Source of the DNA: a virus
Reading direction: 5' to 3' (one strand)
IMG/VR virus record: IMGVR_UViG_3300025840_000011
DNA length: 64,000 nucleotides
Of this stretch, positions 28,589-38,000 are shown one piece after another. A program made the translations under genes and the position numbers. Numbering within the stretch: the first letter of the stretch is position 1; each line of letters starts with the position of its first letter. The notes beneath the pieces are model-generated. The model did no database searches, was not told the origin of the DNA, and saw only the letters and a program-made list of their open reading frames with translations.

Positions 28589-29181
28589 TCTATAGACCAA
28601 ACCCAAAGTACGATCCAAGAAAAACTCAAGGTAGGTTCATAACTTCACAGTTACCTCTTGCAGCCGGTATCAATATTGCAACGTTTCTGGGACACGGTGC
28701 GTCTGGTATTGGTCACCTTGGTACTGCGGAGAAGAGATCACAACTTGCAAGAAACCTGTATCTACAGGCGCAGATGATCAATGCAGTAAACATGGACACC
28801 AAACTATTCAGAACTATTCGAGTTGCGGTTTCTGAGGGTGTCTACGAACCAGGCCCAAATGAAGTCTGTAAGGGAGATAACGCCCTGAAAGAAGATGGGA
28901 GAATGATTGTATATCAGGTGTATGGTGGAAACGGAAAGATCGATCATGCGGCAACATATGACGTTGCAAAGTTCTGGAAGGATCACATGAAGTTCAACAG
29001 GTTGGTTCTGGATTATGATATCTTTAATCCTGATGGATCACTTACCTCTCAAATCCTGATAGAGATGCCCAACGTGCCTAAGAACTTTGATGTCACATAC
29101 ACGAACGTGGTTCAGACTCAGTACAACGGATACTTATTTTCTAACAAAGAACTTGTTGAGGTTCTTGAGAAAAAGGTATAA
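28585..29181 (+). CDS. Hypothetical baseplate-region protein
   Basis: ORF between gp5-C and gp25; possibly a degenerate M15A-like fold. Confidence 0.55.
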   Translation: MIYRPNPKYDPRKTQGRFITSQLPLAAGINIATFLGHGASGIGHLGTAEKRSQLARNLYLQAQMINAVNMDTKLFRTIRVAVSEGVYEPGPNEVCKGDNALKEDGRMIVYQVYGGNGKIDHAATYDVAKFWKDHMKFNRLVLDYDIFNPDGSLTSQILIEMPNVPKNFDVTYTNVVQTQYNGYLFSNKELVEVLEKKV

Positions 29182-29184
29182 ATA
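29177..29184 (+). promoter_or_regulatory. T4-type late promoter
   Basis: TATAAATA before gp25. Confidence 0.7.
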
Positions 29185-29211
29185 AAGATATTATAACACA
29201 CGAGAGTCAAC

Positions 29212-29667
29212 ATGGCAATTAAAAGAGCGCTTGCCACCGAAGATTTTGGTCTGGACACAGTAAGTCTTGCGACTACAAGAAACCGCAAGTATATTGATCT
29301 AGATATTGCATTCAAGGCAAAACCAGTATCCGGTGACATTTACAAGAAGACTGAGGCGGCTGCGGTGAAACAGGCCGTCAAGAACCTCATGTTGACTAAT
29401 TATAGGGAAAGACCCTTTAAACCGTATTTTGGTACGAACATAACATCGTACCTGTTTGAACTTACCGAAAAAGAAATAGAAAAGAAACTGGCTAGGAACA
29501 TTCGTAATGCGATCAAGGCATACGAACCTAGAGTCAACAGTAGAACTCTAAAGATCGTGGTAAACGTTCAACCGGATTATAACTCAATAGACGTAACACT
29601 TGTTTTTAATGTGATTAACTCGTCGGAAGAAGTTACGTTAACTACGTCGATAAACAGGTTAAGGTAA
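29212..29667 (+). CDS. gp25: Baseplate wedge gp25
   Basis: YIDLD, AVKQAVKNL..TN..ERPF, YEPRV. Confidence 0.9.
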   Translation: MAIKRALATEDFGLDTVSLATTRNRKYIDLDIAFKAKPVSGDIYKKTEAAAVKQAVKNLMLTNYRERPFKPYFGTNITSYLFELTEKEIEKKLARNIRNAIKAYEPRVNSRTLKIVVNVQPDYNSIDVTLVFNVINSSEEVTLTTSINRLR

Positions 29668-29668
29668 G

Positions 29669-31498
29669 ATGACTACAACAATTAAATCCTCTGCACTAGA
29701 CTTCAACAACATCAAGAACAACCTGAAGAATTACTTGATTGAACGAGGAGAGTTTGCAGATTATAATTTCGAGACATCCGCACTCTCCAACCTGTTGGAC
29801 GTTCTTGCGTACAACACTCACCTGAATGGTCTTACCGCCAACTTTGCATTAAACGAGTCATTCCTCTCTACTGCACAACTTCGTAGTTCTCTGGTATCTC
29901 TTGCAGAGGGTATTGGATATATTCCTGATTCTAAGACATCCGCTGAGGCGAGGATTCGAATGGCGTTGAACTTGTCTTCAATCGAAGACAGACAAGACTC
30001 TATCAGTCTCGCGTCTGGGTTTGAATTTACTTCGGTCATTGACTCAACGATATACAGATTTCAGACTCAAGAGACTATTATTGCAACGGATGATGGAGCG
30101 GGATATTACAGATTCGCCACCTTAGATGGTAACGTCAACATTCCTATCTACGAGGGGACGCAACAGACTCGTACCTTTATCGCGGGTGAAAATGATGAGT
30201 ACGCTCTCTACATAATTCCTGATCCCAATATGGACATCAACACCGCTGTCGTAAAAGTCTACGAGAGTCCTACGTCATCAAACTTTGTGACATACACTAA
30301 TATTCTTAAGGCGACAACGATCAGTGAACAGTCAACCCTTTATATCCTGAAAGAGACACCCAACGGATACTTCGAACTATCGTTCGGTAACGGTACTACT
30401 CTGGGGCAAACACCTGAGGCGGGATATAAGATTGTGGTGGACTATCTGTCTTGTAACGGAGTTAACGGTAATGATGGTGTTATCTTCCAACCCCAAACAC
30501 AAATCAAGATTAACAACACCACTTACAGAACACCTTCGGTAACAACCAGAAGTAAATCGGTTGGTGGTGCGGAGAAGGAGTCCTTGGAGTCCATTCGTAA
30601 GAATGCGCCTTACCAGTACGCCGCACAAAACAGGATGGTAACTCACGTTGACTATTCTTCTCTTGTACTGCGGAACTTTTCAAACCTAATCTATGACATC
30701 AAGGCGTGGGGTGGAGAAGACAACACCGAACCAGAATTTGGAACTGTGTTCATGTCAATCAAGTTTAACGCTGATGTTCCTGCGGATCGTATTGAAATCA
30801 CAAAGACTGCGGTTGAGGATCTGTCGAATCAACTGGGTGTCGCTTCTTTTGATATTAAGTTTACTGATCCTATCATCACTTATGTAGAACCGGAAGTGTT
30901 CTTCCAGTTTAACCCAAGACTGACCACACTGTCAATTAACACGATTCAGGACAGGGTACGTAAAGTCATTAACAACTACTTTACCGGAGCGGTGGGTAAA
31001 TTTGAAACCTCTTTCCGTAGATCAAACATGTTAGCGTTGATCGATGAAGTCAGTCCTGCGGTACTATCATCTCGTGCAAACATTAGAATGCAACAGAGAC
31101 TTACTCCTGCACTGACTCAGGAGAAAGATTACACATTTACTTTCCCTGTTCCGATTGCGGATCCTGATGACGTACAGTATCGTATCACTTCTGGTTCTTT
31201 CAACTTTAGAAACCAGACGTGTCAGTTAAGAAACAAACTGTCAAGTAACAAGTTACAGGTTGTTAACCTTGCCACCAATAAAATTGTTGTTGACAACGTT
31301 GGAACATATAATGCAACGCTAGGTATTGTCAACATTATTGGACTACAGGTTGACTCTCTTGTGGGTGGTGGGACAACAATAAAGATTGCGGTAGTTCCTG
31401 CAAACCAGAGTGCGATCACTCCACTCAGAGAATACATTTTGGAACAAGACGTTGATCGTACTACCGCTAAGGGTGTACTAGTAACTGCGACTAATTAA
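29669..31498 (+). CDS. gp6: Baseplate wedge gp6
   Basis: LDFNNIK, DYNFE, LLDVLAYNTH, ESFLSTAQLRSS, QNRMVT..DY. Confidence 0.9.
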   Translation: MTTTIKSSALDFNNIKNNLKNYLIERGEFADYNFETSALSNLLDVLAYNTHLNGLTANFALNESFLSTAQLRSSLVSLAEGIGYIPDSKTSAEARIRMALNLSSIEDRQDSISLASGFEFTSVIDSTIYRFQTQETIIATDDGAGYYRFATLDGNVNIPIYEGTQQTRTFIAGENDEYALYIIPDPNMDINTAVVKVYESPTSSNFVTYTNILKATTISEQSTLYILKETPNGYFELSFGNGTTLGQTPEAGYKIVVDYLSCNGVNGNDGVIFQPQTQIKINNTTYRTPSVTTRSKSVGGAEKESLESIRKNAPYQYAAQNRMVTHVDYSSLVLRNFSNLIYDIKAWGGEDNTEPEFGTVFMSIKFNADVPADRIEITKTAVEDLSNQLGVASFDIKFTDPIITYVEPEVFFQFNPRLTTLSINTIQDRVRKVINNYFTGAVGKFETSFRRSNMLALIDEVSPAVLSSRANIRMQQRLTPALTQEKDYTFTFPVPIADPDDVQYRITSGSFNFRNQTCQLRNKLSSNKLQVVNLATNKIVVDNVGTYNATLGIVNIIGLQVDSLVGGGTTIKIAVVPANQSAITPLREYILEQDVDRTTAKGVLVTATN

Positions 31499-31507
31499 GG
31501 TATTTAG

Positions 31508-32560
31508 ATGGCGCACCTACGTGACAGAACTCTATTAGATATAGGAAGACGTAATCTTAACGTACAAGACTACTATATCGAAGAGGTCATACCGGATTGG
31601 ATTGTCCAAGATTATCCCAATCTGGTAAACTTCATAAAAGAGTATTATTCGTTTGAGGAAGATGACCTATCTCCCTCACATATCATCAAGCAGTTATTCT
31701 TTGCACGTGATATTACGCAAACTGAATTGGAACTATTGTCGTTCATTGAGGACGAACTTCTTCTTGGTCAAGCGTACTTCGAAGGGTTCCCTGATAAAAG
31801 AGAGGCCGCAAAATACTCGAATACACTTTATCGTTCGAAGGGTACGAAGTTCACGATACAACAGTTCTTCCGTACATTCTTTCAGATTGACCCCGATGTC
31901 ATCTACGGTAAAGAACAAGTTTTCTTTGTTGGTGAAGATCACATTGGTCCAGAGTCTCAGAGGTACTTAACCAACGACAAACTATATCAGATGTTCGCCA
32001 TCCTGATTAAGACAGAACTCTCTATAGAGACGTGGAGAGAGGTATACAAATTATTTGCACACCCTGCGGGAATGTATCTTGGGGGTGAGGTACAGATCGT
32101 TACCTCCGTGGATATGGATATTGAAGATCAACCAAATCCGGGCGTATTCGATGTACCGCCATTTATTATCGAAACAGAGGCTGCAATAACTCCGATTGCG
32201 AGAACAAGTGCAACTGGTCTGTTCGATTTCAACGCACCAGACGGGACAACGCAATTGTTTAGAACGACACTGGGTAACCAGACAACACAACCGAATCAGT
32301 ACGGTAACGATCTTAGTGACGTTAAGGATGCGACTCTCGAAGAGGTCGCCAACTTGTACACCAGTATCGCTGAGATGATCGAAGTCGATTCTCCGACTCT
32401 TGATGAAGATTCGGATGGTAACACTGGTGCAGTTTCACACAGTGGTTTCGATATCAGTTCTACAGAAACTATCGACCAAGACAAGTTTGATTGGAAGGAT
32501 TCGGACGATATCAGTAACCTTGACGAATTATTTGATTCAGATTACAACAACAATCTGTAA
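31508..32560 (+). CDS. Baseplate wedge gp7-like
   Basis: YRSKGT, HPAGM; synteny after gp6. Confidence 0.7.
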   Translation: MAHLRDRTLLDIGRRNLNVQDYYIEEVIPDWIVQDYPNLVNFIKEYYSFEEDDLSPSHIIKQLFFARDITQTELELLSFIEDELLLGQAYFEGFPDKREAAKYSNTLYRSKGTKFTIQQFFRTFFQIDPDVIYGKEQVFFVGEDHIGPESQRYLTNDKLYQMFAILIKTELSIETWREVYKLFAHPAGMYLGGEVQIVTSVDMDIEDQPNPGVFDVPPFIIETEAAITPIARTSATGLFDFNAPDGTTQLFRTTLGNQTTQPNQYGNDLSDVKDATLEEVANLYTSIAEMIEVDSPTLDEDSDGNTGAVSHSGFDISSTETIDQDKFDWKDSDDISNLDELFDSDYNNNL

Positions 32561-32566
32561 TACTAG

Positions 32567-32574
32567 TATAAATA
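32567..32574 (+). promoter_or_regulatory. T4-type late promoter
   Basis: TATAAATA. Confidence 0.7.
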
Positions 32575-32602
32575 GACGTATAGGATTTTAGGGTAACTAA
32601 AG

Positions 32603-33646
32603 ATGACAAGACAACTTCTTAATAGAGGGACTACCGCCAACGATGGTACAGGTGATACACTTCGTGCGGCAACCCTAAAGATAGAACAAAACCTTACCGA
32701 ACTCTACCTCAAACTGGGTGGAGACAGTACCGTTTTGATGCCACAAGTCTCGTTTGATAGTAACCACTTAGTTTTTGATAGTGCAACTTATGAAGTAAGG
32801 TTGGGACCACCTACACCGACTTCAAATCAAATTTTGACACTACCAGATCATACTGGTGTGTTGATTTCAGACTCGGCGACACAGACCCTCACAAACAAAA
32901 CTTTAGTTACTCCGTATTTCAAATCATTGGGCCCGGACTCTTCGGCCGCAATTAAAATTTGGGACACAGACTCAAGTCACACATATGATCTGGTGTCTTC
33001 GAACATTGCGGCAAGTCGTACAATCACATTACCCCCATTGACTGATAGTGATGAGTTTACGTTCAACAATCACCAACAGACACTAACAAATAAAGAACTT
33101 CACGCACCCGTCATCGAAAATGCGAAGATTGGTGGTGTTTCGGGAGGCGGTAACTTCCAAGACAGTAATGGTAATGAGTATCTGGAATTTGCGAGAACTG
33201 CTGGGGCGATTAACCACGTTAAGATTCAGAACAACACAAACAACAACCCACCCACAATTTCTGCCGTTGGAGATGATAACCACATCGATCTGGATATTCA
33301 GTCCAAGGGATCAGGTGCAATTAAGTTGTCTACCAGACTGCAACTTGGGTATGAAAACTTTACTACCGCAACCGGAGGATCTGTAAACACAAACGTTCCT
33401 TTAACTTGGTTTAACTTGGGTAGTGGTATCACGTGTGGTATGGGGGATCTATCAAACGACGATAAAGGTACAATTAAGTATCTTATAAATCAGAATAGTG
33501 GATCGGCGGTAATCACACCAACTAATTTGCAAAATTATTCGACGATTACATTACTCGTAAATCAATCTGCTACATGTCTTTGGGACGGAACGGAATGGAT
33601 TGTGTTGAACGTTGGTGGTGATTCTGAAGGCGCTATATTGGCATAA
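32603..33646 (+). CDS. Baseplate wedge/tail-fibre connector (gp9/gp10-like N-terminus)
   Basis: GTTANDGTGDTLRAA; QTLTNK repeats. Confidence 0.7.
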   Translation: MTRQLLNRGTTANDGTGDTLRAATLKIEQNLTELYLKLGGDSTVLMPQVSFDSNHLVFDSATYEVRLGPPTPTSNQILTLPDHTGVLISDSATQTLTNKTLVTPYFKSLGPDSSAAIKIWDTDSSHTYDLVSSNIAASRTITLPPLTDSDEFTFNNHQQTLTNKELHAPVIENAKIGGVSGGGNFQDSNGNEYLEFARTAGAINHVKIQNNTNNNPPTISAVGDDNHIDLDIQSKGSGAIKLSTRLQLGYENFTTATGGSVNTNVPLTWFNLGSGITCGMGDLSNDDKGTIKYLINQNSGSAVITPTNLQNYSTITLLVNQSATCLWDGTEWIVLNVGGDSEGAILA

Positions 33647-33661
33647 AATAGGACGAGATAA

Positions 33662-35074
33662 ATGGCTGCGGTTATTACAGATAAATTAAAAAAACAACTC
33701 CTTGTTGACATATATAAGGATTTTAAAGATTCCGATAATTACTATTATGCGGGAATTGGTCGTTCTCAGGATTGGAATGATTCTGATGTTGCACCTGTTC
33801 CTCATAATACTGTTCGGGATGAAAGAAACCTTCGTCTTGATTTACAGTCAGTAAAAAATATCACAGACATTTCCTTTGTCGTTCCTCGTGAGAACTGGGT
33901 ATCTGGTGCGGTTTATTCTGGATACAACGATAACCAAGACGGTTATCCCACAAACTCCTATTACGCCATGAACGATAACCAACAGGTTTATATCTGTCTG
34001 CAACAGAGTAGAACAAACGCCAACCCGCCTCAGGTAATCGCATCTACAATTCAACCAACAGGAAACACTGAGGGTACTCCGTTCCGAACTGTGGACGGTT
34101 ACATGTGGAAATTCCTGTACTCTATTGGTGCATTGAAGGCGTCTAAGTTTATTTCGTCTGCGTACATTCCCGTTGCGAAAATGCAAGACAGTTCAGGTGC
34201 GACACTTCTGTTAGATCAAATTGGAGTTGACTCCGACTCTCCTGCGGAAGACGTAGAACAACAACTGATTCAACAGGCTGCGGTTGGTGGACAGATTTTG
34301 GGTTACACTATTGTAAATGGTGGAACCGGATATACAAGTGCACCTACTGCCACAATAGTTGGAGACGGTACAAACGCAAAGGCGGTTGTTGAGACTGCGG
34401 GTAACACAATCACTAAAGTTTATGTCAAGGATAGTTCCGATGGTTCTATCGCATTCGGTCAAAACTATACTTACGCAAACGTAACCTTGACTGGTGGTGG
34501 TGGCGCCGGTGGGTCAATCAGACCCATCATTGGACCCGAAAAAGGACTTGGTTTTGATGCACGTAATGACCTCAAGTCTTCTGCAATTATGTTTAACACT
34601 AAACCAGATGGTGGTGAGGCGGTAAATGGTAAGAACACATTTGTTGTGTCACAAGATTTCCGTCAAATCGGATTGTTCAAGAACATCATGAAATCTCAAT
34701 TGGTGGATTCTGCATTTACAGAAGAGACCGGACTTGCACTCAACTCTCTAGACTTAACTTCAATTACGGATGGTCCTTTTGTAAACGACCTCGTAATTCA
34801 AGGTGGTACTTCTGGTGCTAAGGCATACATTGTCGATACAGACTCGAACAGTGTGTTTATCTCACAGAACGAATACACCGGATTTACGGTATTCGATTCT
34901 GGCGAAACTATCTCTATCGTAGAGGGTGGTGGTGCAACTACTGCTACAGTGGACAAGGTTCTTACGGGAGTTGTAGATAAACACTCCGGAGAACTTCTAT
35001 ATATTGATAACCGCGCAGCGGTCTTTAGGTCTAACGATCAGACCGAAGATATTAAAATAGTAATTCAACTCTAA
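33662..35074 (+). CDS. gp8: Baseplate wedge gp8
   Basis: VVPRENW, VYICL, DGYMWKFLY, SGELLYIDNR, EDIKIVIQL. Confidence 0.85.
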   Translation: MAAVITDKLKKQLLVDIYKDFKDSDNYYYAGIGRSQDWNDSDVAPVPHNTVRDERNLRLDLQSVKNITDISFVVPRENWVSGAVYSGYNDNQDGYPTNSYYAMNDNQQVYICLQQSRTNANPPQVIASTIQPTGNTEGTPFRTVDGYMWKFLYSIGALKASKFISSAYIPVAKMQDSSGATLLLDQIGVDSDSPAEDVEQQLIQQAAVGGQILGYTIVNGGTGYTSAPTATIVGDGTNAKAVVETAGNTITKVYVKDSSDGSIAFGQNYTYANVTLTGGGGAGGSIRPIIGPEKGLGFDARNDLKSSAIMFNTKPDGGEAVNGKNTFVVSQDFRQIGLFKNIMKSQLVDSAFTEETGLALNSLDLTSITDGPFVNDLVIQGGTSGAKAYIVDTDSNSVFISQNEYTGFTVFDSGETISIVEGGGATTATVDKVLTGVVDKHSGELLYIDNRAAVFRSNDQTEDIKIVIQL

Positions 35075-35086
35075 GGTTGTGAAGAA

Positions 35087-38000
35087 ATGGTAAAACCGTA
35101 TACAGAACAGATTTTTAGAACTTCCTATAAGGATGATTTTAAAGATAGTGATAACTATCATCGAATCCTCTTTAACAGTGGACGTGCACTTCAGGCCCGT
35201 GAGTTAACTCAACTTCAAACCATAATCCAATCGGAGATTGAGAGGTTTGCAAGTAACATCTTTGTTGATGGTGCACCTGTAAATCCAGGCGGTATGTCAC
35301 ACTATAATGACCTACCGTTTATTAAAATTGCAGCGACTACCCCTTTACCCGCAGATAAAACAACTCTGAGAAACGTAATTCTCACAGGTGGTCAATCAGG
35401 ACTGAAGGTAAAGGTAGTACATGCTATTGCCGCAGATACCAATACGGGTGATCCCGAAACACTTTACGTTCAATATCTGGACGCTGGAGACCAAGCGGAT
35501 TCTGATGGGTTCGGTGGACCAGTTTTAGCAACCAACCCAAGAGTAACGCCCGGCGAAACGTTGACTGGTAATATTGGACTGTCAGCAGTAGCCTTTGACG
35601 TACAAACAACCAACACTTCAACAAACCCCGCAATCGGATTGGGTAACCTTTTTGAAGTAAACGCTGGTAGTTTCTATGTTCAGGGACACTTCGTGTTCAA
35701 CGAAAATCAAATTATTGTCACACAGAAGTATGCACAAAACTTTACTGGAGAGGTTGGATTTAAGGTTACGCAAGACATTGTAACTTCTTCTGATAACGAG
35801 GCGTTGTTTGACAACCAAGGTGCGACTCCAAACAGATCCTCGCCCGGCGCTGATCGATACAGAATTAGATTAACTCTTATTAAGAAAACAGATCTTGCGG
35901 CAGACGAAAACTATGTACGTGCGGCGAATATTTACCTTGGTGTGATTACCAGTCAGGCGAAGAAGGTTGATGGTTTCAATTCGGTAAAAGATTTTGTCGC
36001 TGTACGAAATAAAGAGATTTCTGGTAACTTCATTAAGAAGTATTTCAAGGCGAACTTTACACCCAATGATGATGACACATTCAAATTAAAGGTAACGCCT
36101 GGCACCGCATACATTAATGGTTATCGTGTTGATATCAGAGCACCTTCTACACTTCTGGTAGACAGACCAAAACAGACGTATACCTTTAACAACGAAAGTG
36201 TGCCGGTTGATTACGGTAACTACTTTGTGGTATCTAATACGGCTGGTGGTCAAGGTATGCCCGATTTCGGTTCGTGTGAAGAGATGACTCTTTATGATTC
36301 CGCAAATCTTGGTGGTACTGCAATTGGTACATGTAGAGCCCGTGCAATTACAGAGTGGCAGAACGGTCTCTATAAGTTACACGTGTTTAACATTCGAATC
36401 ACCACAGCGAACAAGAGTTCGAGAGATGTTCGTTCGTTCGGTAGTGCGGGAACATACTACAACAACTATGTAGCGAACAACCAGACTCTTTTTGATACCA
36501 AGAAAAAGAAACTGATGTTTGACCTTCCCTTCCCAAGACCTCAGTCTTTCAGTGATATGTCTGTCACGGGTCAAAGGGTAAAGAGTGGTACAGCAGATGG
36601 TTCAGGTAACGTTACAATAACATTAACCAGTCTTGACGAAGCGTTTACAAATACTGGTGATTGGGTAATCGCTAGTTCAACTGATGCGTTTGTTACGGGT
36701 TGGACTGTATCTGTTGGTGGAGGAGGAAACACTGCTACGATTAGTGGTCTGAGCAGCGGTACTATCTACGAGATTGCAACTTACGTTCGAAAGAGTAATG
36801 CAACTATTCGATCCAAGACTTTGCAAGAGACAACGACAACAGCGACTCTGGATTCGGATGGAAACGGAAACAAGTACATCGAACTTGGTAAGTCCGATAT
36901 CTATCAACTTTTGAGAGTCCGAAAATACGACTCCGATGGTGATAACATCTTCGGTAACTTCATTCTCGACACGGGTTTGAAAGACACTCACTACGATGAC
37001 GGTAGACTCATCTACAAAAACACTGGTCTTGACTCAGATCAGGAACCAGTATTCGTTCGATACAAATATTTCGAACACGGTAACGGTGACTTCTTTGCTG
37101 TAAACTCCTATACAGGACAGGTAAACTACAGAGATATTCCGGTACACAGAACAGATGATGGAAGACTTGTCTCACTTAGAGACGTAGTTGACTTCCGTCC
37201 TGCAACTAACGGTTCTGGATCTTTTAACGTTGTCAACGAACTACCACAACCTTCGGATCTAGTTTCCGCTGACGTGGCGTATTATGTTGGACGTAAAGAC
37301 AAGTTGATTCTCTCTCAGAACGGTGAGTTGAGATACTTGCAAGGTGTTCCTGAGTTGGATCCTTCTTTCCCAACAACACCCGTTGACTGTATCGATTTGT
37401 ATAAGTTCCACCTCGAACCTTTCACTCTTCACACCAAGGACTTGAAATCGCGTCTTCTTCCCATGAAGGGATACACAATGGAAGACATTGGTAAACTGGA
37501 TAAGAGGATTGATAAGGTAGAAGAGATGGCGACACTCTCTCTATTGGAGTTGTCAACCCTAAGTTTACAGGTACAAGACTCCAATGGTTTGAGTAGAACT
37601 AAGTCCGGTTTCTTTGTGGACAACTTTGCAAATCACCTATTCTCAGATACAAAGAACGTAGAGTATCGTGCGTCACTTGACCCACAAGAAAAACTTTTGC
37701 GTCCTTCACACAGAACACACAACATCGATTTGTTCTGGGATTCTGCACAGGCTGCACAAGATGCGGTGACTAAGAAAGGTGACTTGATATTACTTGATTA
37801 TACCGAAGTTAATTGGTTAGAACAACCTGTTGCGTCTAGGACAGAAAACCTAAACCCCTTCCACATCGAAAAGATCGAAGGACACATCGACTTGTCTCCC
37901 GCATCTGATCACTGGAGGGAGACGGAAATTGCAGCGCCTCACGTTATTGATCAGGGTGCGGTACTTGATACTTCTCAGGCGGTTCTTTGGAACTCGCACC

